IMG/VR virus record: IMGVR_UViG_3300048574_000442
Span: 1 to 45,487 of that record
Direction: 5' to 3' (one strand)
DNA length: 45,487 nt
Origin: a virus
Taxonomy: Duplodnaviria > Caudoviricetes
In this document: piece after piece, positions 16,866-27,112 of the stretch
How positions within the stretch are numbered: position 1 is the stretch's first letter
Layout: each line of letters opens with the position of its first letter
Program-made: the position numbers and the translations under genes
Notes under the pieces: model-generated
Told to the model about the DNA's origin: nothing
The model's input: only the letters and a program-made list of their open reading frames with translations
The model's database searches: none

Positions 16866-19565
16866 TCACCTCGCTTTCACCGCGTCGCGCAATCCGCCGG
16901 TGTTATCCGCGAATGCCTCCAGCCAAACATTGACTATCCAGCGTTTTCCGTCAAATTTGGGCTGATCGGATTTGGCATTCAGCGGTTGGCCGGTTTGGTT
17001 AATCACATTCACCTGAACGGTGGCGCCGCCAAGCTTGTTGTTGGGGATGATGGTCCCGCTGGTGCTGGGAATCATTAATTCCGGCCCGTTCTCTCCCACG
17101 ATCATCGGCCCCGGTTCATAATTCCCCCCCGCCGCGAAGCCGGGGATGTGAAAACCAAAAGAACTCATGATTTTATTGGTCAGCATCTGAGCCGCCACAT
17201 TGGCAATCTCCCGCAAGACAGCTTGCAGGAATTCCGTTACATAATCGCTCAATGATTTCAATTTCCCGGTTACCGCGTCAAAAAAGAAATCCGACAGAGC
17301 TTGTTGCATGGCTTGCGCGGTGGCGGTGGCAATTTCTACCATATGCTTTGACCAATTCCCCATCTCGGCAATCATTTGATTGAAGTCGGCCCAATAACCC
17401 ACATTGCGGATCTCCTGGGCCAATTTTTTCAACTCTTCTGCGGTGGTCGGAATCACCCCGGACTGGGAAGCGGCCTTCTCCAAATCCCTGGCCAACCGCT
17501 CCCAATCTGGAATCGTTTGGCCGAGCATGTCCCGCAGCTTTCTGTGGCCCTCGACCCATGAATCTACCGCATTTTTCTGGTTCTTTTCACATTCCGCGAA
17601 CCGGGTGGCGGCTTCAGTGGCGCTCTTATATTGCTCGACCAAATTCCCCAAGGCGGTGTTTTGCGGATCGATGCCGTTTTCAACAAGGGTGATAATCGCG
17701 GTCTTTAAGATATCCGCCTTTTTCGCGTCGGCTTGCATTTCATTGCCGAAGATATCCATCCCGGCCTGCGCGCCGGTCAGGTCTTTGCGGAGTTTATCGA
17801 TAAATTTGGTCATATCAAACTGGTTTTCGTCAATCGGTTTGATGCTGCTGGTAATTAAAGTACCGGGCTTGCCATTGGTGGTTGTGGTTTTGGGCTTAAT
17901 CCCCAGCAATTCATTGCGCCGGTTCATCAGCTTTTGAATATTGGCGTTGGAGTTCCGGATCGCTTCCTCCCATTTTCCAAGTTCCTGCAAGTATTTATTT
18001 CTTGCATCGGCGATAGGATCTTTCGAATACAACATATAAGCGGCATTTTGCTTGCTATAATCATCAATCCCTTGGTCAAGAAAGGACTGGGCTATGGCCT
18101 GGGCGTGTTTCAATTCGCCCTGCCAGCGTTTGATTTGAGAATCAATCGCATCGAGCTTGCTTTTATTGGCCTCTTCCGCCCGTTTCTTCGCCAGTTCATC
18201 CTCTTTGTCTATTAACTGCTGTAATAACGAAAGGTCGATTTTACGGGCGTTGCCCAACTTGTCGTATTCCGTCACCACCTGGGGAAACGCCTTGGCGATT
18301 TGGTTGAGCTTGTTTTGATAATCCTGCTCCGCTTTGGAGTTCTGGTCAATCATTTTCCCGGATTGCTGATGGGCGTTGTAAAGTGCGATAAAGGACCGGC
18401 CAAGCTCGATGGAGGAACTGGCGGTTTTGTCCTGCTGGGCTTTGATAAGCTGGTAGATTCCATATAAGGCCGCGCCCCCGGCGATGATCCAGCCAATCGG
18501 CCCGGTGATGAATCCCAGCGCCTCCCCTAGCGTCGCCGCTCCCCCTGCCCAAGCCGAGAAAGCGAAGGTAATATTCGGAATAACCTGCAACAGGGATGTT
18601 AACGGCAGCATCCTAAGCACCCCGATTAACGCCGAAACGCCTTTGGTTAAATTCCCAATCACCCATGTCAACGGCCCGATGGCGGCCACGAACAGAGCCA
18701 CGTTGACAATGACCGATTTGATGCCGGGATCGAGGTTTTTGAACAAATCGGTGAATTGTTGTAACACCTGGATTGCCCCGGATAACTTGGTTTTTAGGTC
18801 AAAAGTCTGCGCAATCTGATCGCCGATATCAGTCAGGGTGAATTTAAAGGTATCCATGAAGTTCGACCACATGCCGCCCAGGGTGTCCATCTGCTTTTGC
18901 ATGCCACCAATGAATTTCGGGTCTGTAGCTAACCCTCCGAGAATGGCGGACAGCGCCGTCTGGCTGTCGATGGCTTTTTTCTCAGCTAAAGCCATAGCCT
19001 CCGGAACTGTTTTTCCAATTTTATCAGCCAGTAATTGCCAAGCTGGTATCCCGGCATTAGCTAGTTCCCGCATTTCTTCGGCCGAAGCAGCTCCCTTGGC
19101 TTTCATTTGACCCAAAGAGAATATAATTCGGTTTAAACCCTCGGCCCCAATTCCGAGCGCGGATGTCGTATCGCCAAGAATGTTTAAAATTGGAATTACT
19201 TGTTCTGCTGAAAAACCCAAAGCCATCATCCGGCGCGAAGCAGTGGTTAAATCAGTGAATTCGAAAGGAGTCTCTTTGGCAAACTCTTTTAATTGGCTCA
19301 ATAATTGGAGCGCTTTTTCGGTTGAGCCCAGCAGCGTGGTAAAGGCTACTTCAGTTTGTTCCATGTCGGCGGCCATTTTAATCGCGGCCCCGCCGCCGGT
19401 GGCCAGGGCAATGGCGATTCCCGTTAAACGACCGCTTAGATTCGTAAAACGATCACCGACCCGGTTCACTTTGGACTCGGCATCTTCAAAGCTTTTGGTA
19501 ATATTGCCGACCACTCCGGAGGCCATATCTTTCGCGCTGATAATGATCTGCACTTCCTTGCTCAT
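16866..19565 (-). CDS. Tape measure protein
   Basis: Likely start MSKEVQIIISAKD at 19565 after AAGGAG; FAKETPFE tape-measure domain; C-terminal FAAGG..VGENGPEL. Confidence 0.93.
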   Translation of the reverse strand: MSKEVQIIISAKDMASGVVGNITKSFEDAESKVNRVGDRFTNLSGRLTGIAIALATGGGAAIKMAADMEQTEVAFTTLLGSTEKALQLLSQLKEFAKETPFEFTDLTTASRRMMALGFSAEQVIPILNILGDTTSALGIGAEGLNRIIFSLGQMKAKGAASAEEMRELANAGIPAWQLLADKIGKTVPEAMALAEKKAIDSQTALSAILGGLATDPKFIGGMQKQMDTLGGMWSNFMDTFKFTLTDIGDQIAQTFDLKTKLSGAIQVLQQFTDLFKNLDPGIKSVIVNVALFVAAIGPLTWVIGNLTKGVSALIGVLRMLPLTSLLQVIPNITFAFSAWAGGAATLGEALGFITGPIGWIIAGGAALYGIYQLIKAQQDKTASSSIELGRSFIALYNAHQQSGKMIDQNSKAEQDYQNKLNQIAKAFPQVVTEYDKLGNARKIDLSLLQQLIDKEDELAKKRAEEANKSKLDAIDSQIKRWQGELKHAQAIAQSFLDQGIDDYSKQNAAYMLYSKDPIADARNKYLQELGKWEEAIRNSNANIQKLMNRRNELLGIKPKTTTTNGKPGTLITSSIKPIDENQFDMTKFIDKLRKDLTGAQAGMDIFGNEMQADAKKADILKTAIITLVENGIDPQNTALGNLVEQYKSATEAATRFAECEKNQKNAVDSWVEGHRKLRDMLGQTIPDWERLARDLEKAASQSGVIPTTAEELKKLAQEIRNVGYWADFNQMIAEMGNWSKHMVEIATATAQAMQQALSDFFFDAVTGKLKSLSDYVTEFLQAVLREIANVAAQMLTNKIMSSFGFHIPGFAAGGNYEPGPMIVGENGPELMIPSTSGTIIPNNKLGGATVQVNVINQTGQPLNAKSDQPKFDGKRWIVNVWLEAFADNTGGLRDAVKAR

Positions 19566-19927
19566 TCGCGCATGGTCTCCTTTCTCATTTGCTCCAAAGT
19601 ACATCTCTCAAGAACTTGAATTTTCTGGTGCAACGCCGGAATGATTGTGATGCCGTAGATTTCCGCCAATTGAAAAACCGCCGGGTAATCAAGGCCGATC
19701 ACCGCAAAAGCGCTGACCCGCCACTGAGTCCCTGCGGCATTCCACAATTCCCAGGCGTCCATATTTTCCGCAAGCAAATCCGGGCATTGAAACTCGCACG
19801 CGCCACATTCTTCCCTGGTTCCGGCCTGCTCCTGAACAGCAAAACACTCCCGGCAATAGCGCGATTTTGGATAACCGCCGTCCGGGAGTGTCTCGTAATG
19901 CCAGGACCAGACCGCTAGGAGTTTTTT
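19562..19927 (-). CDS. C-terminal (T) part of tail assembly chaperone GT, reached by -1 frameshift
   Basis: The -1 frame from the slippery site is open (KLLAVWSW...CRECF...CGACEFQCPDLLAENMDAW...TQWR...GLDYPAV) and joins ORF 19562-19777. Confidence 0.85.
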   Translation of the reverse strand, partial: KKLLAVWSWHYETLPDGGYPKSRYCRECFAVQEQAGTREECGACEFQCPDLLAENMDAWELWNAAGTQWRVSAFAVIGLDYPAVFQLAEIYGITIIPALHQKIQVLERCTLEQMRKETMRE

Positions 19928-20247
19928 ACTTCGACCGTGCCGACCCGGAAAGTCTTGTTATAGGTCTCCCCGGCCAATTTCTGGCATAAAATCCAATCCG
20001 CCCCGTCAAAATCGTAATCGGAATAGACATGATCCAAAATCCAATTGGTCATATCGTCATTCACCGTGTAATATTCCACGATTGCTTCAGGGTCCGTTTC
20101 CCCGCCTTTTTTGGTCATGGCCATGATGCTTTTGTTTTTTAACGGGTTCAGCCCCGCCGCATTAAAATCAAGCACTTGTTTCCGGTTCATCACTTTGGCC
20201 TCCGGCAGGTTCGACCCGTCAAAACCAACAGTCGTCCGTTCTGTCAT
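19915..20247 (-). CDS. Tail assembly chaperone G
   Basis: Between tail tube and tape measure; ends EVKNS at the slippery site. Confidence 0.8.
   Translation of the reverse strand: MTERTTVGFDGSNLPEAKVMNRKQVLDFNAAGLNPLKNKSIMAMTKKGGETDPEAIVEYYTVNDDMTNWILDHVYSDYDFDGADWILCQKLAGETYNKTFRVGTVEVKNS
19921..19927 (-). other. Programmed -1 ribosomal frameshift site (A AAA AAC)
   Basis: GTA AAA AAC TCC TAG at the end of G; X XXY YYZ heptamer; -1 frame open to 19562. Confidence 0.85.
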
Positions 20248-20275
20248 CTCTTTTTCCTCCGCCTATGCGTTACGC

Positions 20276-21220
20276 TCATGCGTAACTATTTTTGGTATTG
20301 GTCAAAACCGCGATGATCGCGGCCTGTTCCACGGAATTGTCATAATAGGCCCGAAACGGCAGGTTGATTAACACGCCCTTCGGCCCTTCGATACCCGGCG
20401 AGTTGCGCTCGTAAATCAATTCCGGCATGGTGATTTTCAGGATGTCGGCCCCATTGGTGAATGTCATTTCCAGGCTGGACTCCGTTCCGGAAATGGCTTT
20501 GTTGAGCAGGACTGAATCCTGGAACATCGCTGTAATGGAGCCGCTGACCTGCAACAACCCTTCCGGAATGTCGCCGCGCATCCCGTTGCTGCCGATGCAA
20601 TACAGGCTGTTATCCAGATTGCATTGAATATCCAGGACCATCTGCGTTAGAATGGCGATAGCCGCCCCGCCCTCCTTGACCGTTCCTTGAAAATCATTAA
20701 ACCGTTTCAAATCATTATCAACGGGCGTGGCATCAAAGGACACGCTCCCAATCGCCTCTTTGGCCCCGATGATGTCAATGGAGGCGGTCAATTCATTGCC
20801 GCCCCCCAGAGTCAAAGAAAACTTATTGACCTTGCAGCCGTTGAAGAGTTCAAAAACACTGATATCCGTGAAGCCCTGCTCCATGACCAGACTGGGTTGC
20901 GTGTCGCCGGGTTTGAACGTATGCACATACGGCCCGGTCCCGGTGGTGACCGGTGGTCCGAAAATGGCTTTCAGCCAATAACCGATGGCGGTTACATCCA
21001 TGGGAACCACCACCGTTCCGGAAACATCAACATTTCCAAGGGAAGGAGCGATTGGGTTCCGGTTATTGCGAATCGTATTGCTTTCAATCATATTTTGCTT
21101 CGAGACAATCTTGGAAGAATTCATGGGAAGCCGAATCCCGTTCGGCGTTCCCGGAGTCACTCCAAAAGATGATTCGAAATCTATTACAAGCTGGCCTTTG
21201 CGGCCCCGCGCTTGGCTCAT
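20276..21220 (-). CDS. Major tail (tube) protein
   Basis: ESSFG..P, GNVDVSG and FNGCKVN motifs of phage tube family; synteny. Confidence 0.88.
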   Translation of the reverse strand: MSQARGRKGQLVIDFESSFGVTPGTPNGIRLPMNSSKIVSKQNMIESNTIRNNRNPIAPSLGNVDVSGTVVVPMDVTAIGYWLKAIFGPPVTTGTGPYVHTFKPGDTQPSLVMEQGFTDISVFELFNGCKVNKFSLTLGGGNELTASIDIIGAKEAIGSVSFDATPVDNDLKRFNDFQGTVKEGGAAIAILTQMVLDIQCNLDNSLYCIGSNGMRGDIPEGLLQVSGSITAMFQDSVLLNKAISGTESSLEMTFTNGADILKITMPELIYERNSPGIEGPKGVLINLPFRAYYDNSVEQAAIIAVLTNTKNSYA

Positions 21221-21243
21221 GGGCTCTCACTCTCCCCCGTGGT

Positions 21244-21717
21244 TTAATAGATGATGGTTCCACCGATTGCCGGATGGACTTCCGTAACCAGGGTCATTTC
21301 CCCCACGAATTGGGGGAAGTAGTCAATCGGGTTCAGTTCATAGGTCAAGTGGGTCACCGGATTGCCGGGGCTGATTTCACCAAGGGCTGAATATATCAAT
21401 TGGCCCAAATAGTCGCACTGCCATATCCCGGCATACTCGATCACATTCCCGGCGGCGCTTTTGTTTTCATTGACAACGGCCCAGCCGATGGAAAGGGTAT
21501 ACACAAAGGGATCAAGCCCGCCTTCGCCTTTAATCCCCGGCCTGATGATAATTAAAGGGCAGTCTTTCAATGCTGGCGGGTTTTCCAAATCCAGCCCGAT
21601 GAAAATAACCGGGGTTTTCCCAAAGCTCGTTTGGCAAAAGTCATTGATGGCCGCATTGTTTTTCAAGGCATCGCGCCATTTGGCGACAATCGCGTAAATC
21701 GGCAAGGTTTGAATCAT
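21244..21717 (-). CDS. Putative tail terminator
   Basis: Size and position upstream of the tail tube gene. Confidence 0.6.
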   Translation of the reverse strand: MIQTLPIYAIVAKWRDALKNNAAINDFCQTSFGKTPVIFIGLDLENPPALKDCPLIIIRPGIKGEGGLDPFVYTLSIGWAVVNENKSAAGNVIEYAGIWQCDYLGQLIYSALGEISPGNPVTHLTYELNPIDYFPQFVGEMTLVTEVHPAIGGTIIY

Positions 21718-22277
21718 TTGGACTCCGCCTTTTTCATGTACTCCCAGAGTTTTTGTTCAAGGTAGCCTGGAACCTTCGGCGCGTTTTCCCGGTATTCCGG
21801 ATCGATGGTGGGCCGTTTCGGAATGGCGATGGTGGTTTTCCCAAGGCCCAACGGGATACCGGCGGCCCAAAACTGCCGCCGCATCTGCGGGGTAATTGGG
21901 ATGACGCCGCCCTCTTCGTGCAATGTCCCCAGCTTTTCCGCGCTGGGGGAGATCCAGCCGACAATCGCCCGGTTGGAATCGCTGTAAAATTGATACCGAA
22001 CCGCTTGCCCAAGCCTTCCCAGCGGCTTTTTCCCTGGGTTGCGGCGGACATTGATAAACCGGTCCCTTTTCTGATTGAAGCGGTTCAGTTTCGGGAGGCC
22101 GGAAAATTGCTGGTAGGGTTCCCCGCCGGGAGCGCCTGATTTGATTCCTTGTTTGATATTCTGTTGCATCCACCAGCCGGAGGATTTGACGGCTTTTTGA
22201 ACCTCGCCGGGAAATTCCCGTGCCACCATCTTCAAAAATGGAGTGGCGGTATCAATGATTTTGATATTGTCGCCCAT
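21714..22277 (-). CDS. Tail completion / neck protein
   Basis: Basic protein with HEEGGVI and IPKRP motifs; synteny. Confidence 0.7.
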   Translation of the reverse strand: MGDNIKIIDTATPFLKMVAREFPGEVQKAVKSSGWWMQQNIKQGIKSGAPGGEPYQQFSGLPKLNRFNQKRDRFINVRRNPGKKPLGRLGQAVRYQFYSDSNRAIVGWISPSAEKLGTLHEEGGVIPITPQMRRQFWAAGIPLGLGKTTIAIPKRPTIDPEYRENAPKVPGYLEQKLWEYMKKAESK

Positions 22278-22625
22278 CTACTTCACTCCAAAGGCGCTGG
22301 CCGTATCGCTGCGGATACAAGCCAAAGCATGGATGCCACCACCGGATGAAATCACTTTTTCCATCCGCCAGACAATACCGAAAGCATCCATGATTTGAAT
22401 CCCCGCTTTCGGGCTGGGAATATCCGTTTCAGCAACCCAAAGAGTCGCCCGGCCGGTCTGGCCGGTAGAGGTAAGATAATTACCTTTGACCGGGGTTTCG
22501 CCCCATTCGACAATGATGGTGATGGGCTGGCCGTTGTAACTGCCTGTTTCGGACATTTCTTCACTGTTTAAAAAAACAGCGGCCACATCCGCTGTCATTA
22601 AATCTTTCAAAGTCATGGCAACCAC
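22278..22625 (-). CDS. Head-tail joining protein (lambda FII-like)
   Basis: LKDLMTADV..VFLN.EE N-terminus; follows the capsid gene. Confidence 0.7.
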   Translation of the reverse strand: MVAMTLKDLMTADVAAVFLNSEEMSETGSYNGQPITIIVEWGETPVKGNYLTSTGQTGRATLWVAETDIPSPKAGIQIMDAFGIVWRMEKVISSGGGIHALACIRSDTASAFGVK

Positions 22626-22689
22626 CTATTTGTAAGTTTGAGGAGGTGTGATCAAGCCTCCCCGTTTAACTATAATGATTTATTTACAT

Positions 22690-23742
22690 TCACAGCACCG
22701 TCGCCACCAGCCAGGAATCGACTTCTTGGGGTGCGGTTAACGGGCGGCTATGCAGGGCCAAGAACCGGGAAGCCGGATCTTCTTCAATCCAGGTCTGGGC
22801 CGCCCGTTCCCCGATAATGGAACGGAAGCCGTTTGGGGCGCTGGCATCGGTAATCGTGATTTCCCCATAATAGATGACGGCTTTGGCGCGGGTGGAAGCG
22901 AGCATTACCGTTCCGGCGGGCACAATGGGCTGTTCAATGGGGTTGGCCGGATCGGTCCAGTCATCGATAAACCACTCGTTATAGATATAAATATCGATGT
23001 TGTATTTGATGATTTTGCCACCATAAATGACATTCTCGGACAATTGCAACGGGTTCAGTTGGATAACATTAAGATTCTGGCTGATCTGTTCCGTATACTT
23101 CAGGGCGATGATCCGTTTCATAAAGGCGTTATATACCTTTTGCTCCATCAAACAAATATCCGGCGTGTGATATCCGTTTTGCTGGCAGATTAGCACCCAT
23201 TCATCAATATCTTCCAGCGGATCGCCATTTGAATCCCATTTATCGGTTCCGGTAAGCGTTTTTTTGTTGGTAAACCCAAAGTCGATGGTATAGTTCACCC
23301 CCTCGCCGATGACCGGGATAATCCCGGTCAGCATGGCGCGGGAGGCCATCCATTCCTCGCGGCGGAGATTCATGTCGTTGAATTCCTGGAGTTTCTCGGA
23401 AAGCAAATAGACGGCCCGTTCCTCTTTGGTCAACCCGCCATAGACGTTCTCCCCCGGAATCCGGACGGAAATATCCTCGACGGTGGTGACATCTTTCGGT
23501 TTTAACAACGGCGTTTCAAAGGTATTGGTCTTGTAACCGATTTTCTCAATGGGCTTGGCCTGGGATTTCGGGTTCACAAACGGCGCAATCCGGCGTTTGC
23601 CTTTGAAAAAATCTACGTCAACCTTTGAACCCGTCACCGGCAACCGGCGTTTAAAAAACATGTCACGAAAAAACCCGCCAGTCGTTGGTAGCACTCTGAC
23701 AACAGAGTCCAAGACTCGCGGGTCGTATAAACTTATAGGCAT
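22690..23742 (-). CDS. Major capsid protein (lambda E family)
   Basis: FFRDMFF, IAPFVNP, RREEWMA and SRPL..P motifs. Confidence 0.93.
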   Translation of the reverse strand: MPISLYDPRVLDSVVRVLPTTGGFFRDMFFKRRLPVTGSKVDVDFFKGKRRIAPFVNPKSQAKPIEKIGYKTNTFETPLLKPKDVTTVEDISVRIPGENVYGGLTKEERAVYLLSEKLQEFNDMNLRREEWMASRAMLTGIIPVIGEGVNYTIDFGFTNKKTLTGTDKWDSNGDPLEDIDEWVLICQQNGYHTPDICLMEQKVYNAFMKRIIALKYTEQISQNLNVIQLNPLQLSENVIYGGKIIKYNIDIYIYNEWFIDDWTDPANPIEQPIVPAGTVMLASTRAKAVIYYGEITITDASAPNGFRSIIGERAAQTWIEEDPASRFLALHSRPLTAPQEVDSWLVATVL

Positions 23743-23757
23743 GATTCGTAACCCTCC

Positions 23758-24153
23758 TTATTGTTTTTTCGCTTCCACCAGATAAATCATCTTGTCCGCC
23801 AGAATGTCCCGATTATCGGCGGCGGTGGACGCGCCGCCGAAACGAACGGCGTTCGAATTGAACTGGCCGGACTTGTAACCGATGGTGACGGCTGTTTCTC
23901 CGGCCCCGGTGGTCACATCCTCGGAAGCGATGGCATAATGGCTAAAATGGTCGGCAGCCGCAGTCGGACGGATATAATAAGGAGCGGTTGTAAGGGTTTG
24001 GGTCCCAACCGCTCCCGATACTACAATCGTATTGGTTACTTTCCGCTCCAGAAGGTCGCCGCGCTTGATGGTTTGTGACTCTCCGATGGTAATCGGCTCG
24101 GTGGCAATGTCAATATCACCGGCAATCAGATTGTCATAGGCCAAAATCTCCAT
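23758..24153 (-). CDS. Head decoration protein (lambda D-like)
   Basis: YDNLIAG, KRGDLL and Y.SGQFN motifs; between protease and capsid. Confidence 0.8.
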   Translation of the reverse strand: MEILAYDNLIAGDIDIATEPITIGESQTIKRGDLLERKVTNTIVVSGAVGTQTLTTAPYYIRPTAAADHFSHYAIASEDVTTGAGETAVTIGYKSGQFNSNAVRFGGASTAADNRDILADKMIYLVEAKKQ

Positions 24154-25268
24154 TACTGTTTGCCTCCTTTATGAAACACGTTTTGGGCGATGTGGGTCAC
24201 CGCCGCCAATACTCCCTTCACTTCGTCCGCGTCCCTGGCGGGCGGGGTTGCTCCGGGAACTTGATTGGCGCTTGCCGCATCCATCTCCGCTTGCGCCACG
24301 TAAGCGGAGTTAATCAGCTTGCCTGCTTTCAGCGCCGCCAACAGAACGCTTTCGGCGGTGGCCCCATCCTTGTATTTTTCCTGGTTCAGAAAATCAGCGT
24401 CAACCTTCCCGCTCAACACATCAAAGGATTGCAGACGCTCCCGCTCTTGCTTTACTCCGTCCGCTTTCCCGGCGGCAATTCCCGTGGTAAAAACTTCGTT
24501 GTGAACCTCCGGCAATTGGGTTTTGAGGTCGGCGGAACTTTTAATATCCATGCCTGTAACTGCCTCCTGTTTTGGATTATTTAATACGGGTCTGGTTTTA
24601 AACTGGGACAAATCATGCATCACCGAATTGACAATTAAAAAACCGTTATTCATGGACATCTTGTTTGAAACTTCGCCCGAATCGAACAGCAATTCATCCG
24701 CAAAACCTTTTTCCACCGCAACTTCGCCGGTCATCCAGGTTTCCTCGTCCATCATTTTCGCAAGCGTCGCCTTATCAATCCCGGTTTTCGCGGCGTAAGC
24801 GTTAATCATGCCCTCTTTAATCGAGTCCAGCGCCTTCACCATCCGTAACATGGTGCTGGAGTCCATCATTTGGCCCGGTTGGACTTTCGGGTTATGAATC
24901 ATCATCTGGGCGTATGCCGGAATAAGGACTTTGCCGGATGTTGTAATAATTGTGGCCGCGCTGGCCGCCAAGCCTTCAATCCGATTCGTAATCCCGGCGG
25001 GATGGCTTTTAAGCATCGTTAAAATAGCGCTGGCCGCGAATGGATCACCTCCCCCGGAGTTGATTCTTATGATAATCTGATTCACATTGCCCAAATCCGC
25101 CAAATCTTGCGCGAACTGTTGCGGGGTTACTTCATCCTCGAACCAGCTCCTGGTTTGGGCTATGGGTCCATAAATCATTAATTCCGCAGTTCCATCCAGG
25201 GTTTTTACAAAATTCCAAAACTTATGGCTCTGGGGTTGCCGGAAATTCGCCGGTTGGTTGCCCACCAA
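24153..25268 (-). CDS. ClpP-type head maturation protease with scaffold tail
   Basis: RINSGGG, GLAASAA, MMIHNP, ETWMT and GFAD motifs; C-terminal ERERL scaffold segment. Confidence 0.92.
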   Translation of the reverse strand: MVGNQPANFRQPQSHKFWNFVKTLDGTAELMIYGPIAQTRSWFEDEVTPQQFAQDLADLGNVNQIIIRINSGGGDPFAASAILTMLKSHPAGITNRIEGLAASAATIITTSGKVLIPAYAQMMIHNPKVQPGQMMDSSTMLRMVKALDSIKEGMINAYAAKTGIDKATLAKMMDEETWMTGEVAVEKGFADELLFDSGEVSNKMSMNNGFLIVNSVMHDLSQFKTRPVLNNPKQEAVTGMDIKSSADLKTQLPEVHNEVFTTGIAAGKADGVKQERERLQSFDVLSGKVDADFLNQEKYKDGATAESVLLAALKAGKLINSAYVAQAEMDAASANQVPGATPPARDADEVKGVLAAVTHIAQNVFHKGGKQ

Positions 25269-26847
25269 GTCCCGCCTCCCTCATCAGGCTTTGTTCCCGT
25301 TTCGCCTGTTGAATATTTTTATCAAAATTGCCCCCGTTGATCTCCATCGTTTCCTGCTCCCTGGTGCTGAAACCATTATCAACCCTGATTTTGGCTCCGG
25401 TGGCTTCTTTCACCGGATCGAGTTGGCCGGGAGCAGGACCATTCCATTCCGCCTGGCTCCATGCCTTGCGAATCGACAAGTCGTCGAAAAATCGCGGCGC
25501 TTTGATTCGTCCCATGGCGACCGCTTGGGCCAACCACTCCTCGTAAATTGGCTGACAGAAGTCACTCGCCATCCAGACCCGGCGCATTTTAAACATCTTC
25601 CAGGCTTCAAGCAGTGCCGCCCTGGCCGCCGAGTAGGAAGCGTTGAACGACTTTTGCAGCAATTCCTGGGGTATTTCAAGCGCCGCGCCGATATACCGGG
25701 AAAGGGCGTTGACAAACCCTTCAAAAGCGGTGTTCGGCCTGCCGGGATTGGCAACATCCACGCTCTCTCCCGGACGGAGCACATTAATCGCACCGTTGCC
25801 CAGTTCATAATTGGGAGTGCCGCCACCCCCACCGACTTGTTCTTCCGGGGCGATCACGGGGCCGAAAGGGTTCTCGCTTGACGGGCCGTCCGATTTCACA
25901 AAAACGGTGAACATGCCGGTGATCACCGCCGCCATCAACTCGGCCTCGGTATACCGGGTTAACTGTTTTAATTCCTCAATCACCGGAGCCAAAAACGGGA
26001 CGCCGCGCCGCTGTTCCGGCCTCTCCGACTCCATCAGGTGCAGGATGTTCGGCCTTCCAGTCAGTTTGCCGAATGCTTCAACCCTGGTCCATATTAAGGG
26101 TTGCTGATTGTTAAAGATATAAAAGGATTGGGGATAGCGGTTAGCGACATAATAGGCCGCCACCGCGCCGCTGTTATCGATCTCCACCCCGGTGATTACC
26201 CGGTTGCCGTTATCCGCCGTACCCTCGATGGCAAATATCCCGTCCGCCATGAGATTGTTTAGGGTGTTGGGAGTGCTTACCCTGTCGGCTTCAATCAGGT
26301 GGATGCGGAGGCCATAGGGCATATACGGCAAGGCTTTTTCCTGCTTGAGTACGGCGAAACAATCTCCCTTTTGAAGCCAGGCCAGTTGCGCCAATTGCTG
26401 CTGCTCGAAAAAATTATTGAGTTTCAATGCATCGCTATGAACCGACCCGGCCCATAACAGGAACTCGCGCTCGGTGTTTTGTTCCCATTCGTCCGCCTGT
26501 TTATCGGTCATTCCTAAAAATCCGGCGTCAATTCTGGATTTAAGATGAAGCCCGGAACCGACAATATTGGTCCGGGCAGTCTGGATCGCCGCCCGTCCCA
26601 GCGGGGCGTTCATATACAGGTCCATACAGCGGTTACGCAGGGTGAACAGGTTTAAATCAATGTCTTCTTCCGGGCTGGCGCTCCAGGACTTCCAGCCTTT
26701 CAGCGACTTTTTGACGTGAGAGGCTCCGCCGTCGGAGTAACCGGAGTTTTGGAATTTCTGCAATAAAGAAAGCCTTGTTCGCGCGATTTGGCGATTCAAG
26801 GCTCTCTGGGGCGAGAAAATATTGATGGTTTTATCAAGGAAATTCAA
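25222..26847 (-). CDS. Portal protein, lambda family
   Basis: LRNRC.DL, LIEADR, RPEQRRG, SYSAARA and LDPVKE motifs. Confidence 0.95.
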   Translation of the reverse strand: MNFLDKTINIFSPQRALNRQIARTRLSLLQKFQNSGYSDGGASHVKKSLKGWKSWSASPEEDIDLNLFTLRNRCMDLYMNAPLGRAAIQTARTNIVGSGLHLKSRIDAGFLGMTDKQADEWEQNTEREFLLWAGSVHSDALKLNNFFEQQQLAQLAWLQKGDCFAVLKQEKALPYMPYGLRIHLIEADRVSTPNTLNNLMADGIFAIEGTADNGNRVITGVEIDNSGAVAAYYVANRYPQSFYIFNNQQPLIWTRVEAFGKLTGRPNILHLMESERPEQRRGVPFLAPVIEELKQLTRYTEAELMAAVITGMFTVFVKSDGPSSENPFGPVIAPEEQVGGGGGTPNYELGNGAINVLRPGESVDVANPGRPNTAFEGFVNALSRYIGAALEIPQELLQKSFNASYSAARAALLEAWKMFKMRRVWMASDFCQPIYEEWLAQAVAMGRIKAPRFFDDLSIRKAWSQAEWNGPAPGQLDPVKEATGAKIRVDNGFSTREQETMEINGGNFDKNIQQAKREQSLMREAGLGGQPTGEFPATPEP

Positions 26848-26859
26848 TGCATCACCACC

Positions 26860-27096
26860 TTAAACATCGCGCGGTATCACTCCGATTACCGCATTACGTC
26901 CTTTTCCGGCTAAAAAGCTCTCTTCACGCGCGATTTCATTTTCCAAATACTTGATTTGAGCGCGCACGTCGCTTAACAAGGCTCTCCGTTGCAGCCGGTC
27001 GGCAATCCGATATTCCTGGGACAGCAGGATGCTCTTTTCGCTTTCAATATAGGCGTTTAGCCGTTCCTTCAGGATATCAAGCCGTGTAGTCGCCAA
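26860..27096 (-). CDS. Head-to-tail adaptor (gpW-like)
   Basis: QEYRI.DR..RRA.L motif; between terminase and portal. Confidence 0.8.
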   Translation of the reverse strand: MATTRLDILKERLNAYIESEKSILLSQEYRIADRLQRRALLSDVRAQIKYLENEIAREESFLAGKGRNAVIGVIPRDV

Positions 27097-27112
27097 AATT
27101 TCATCACCCTTT

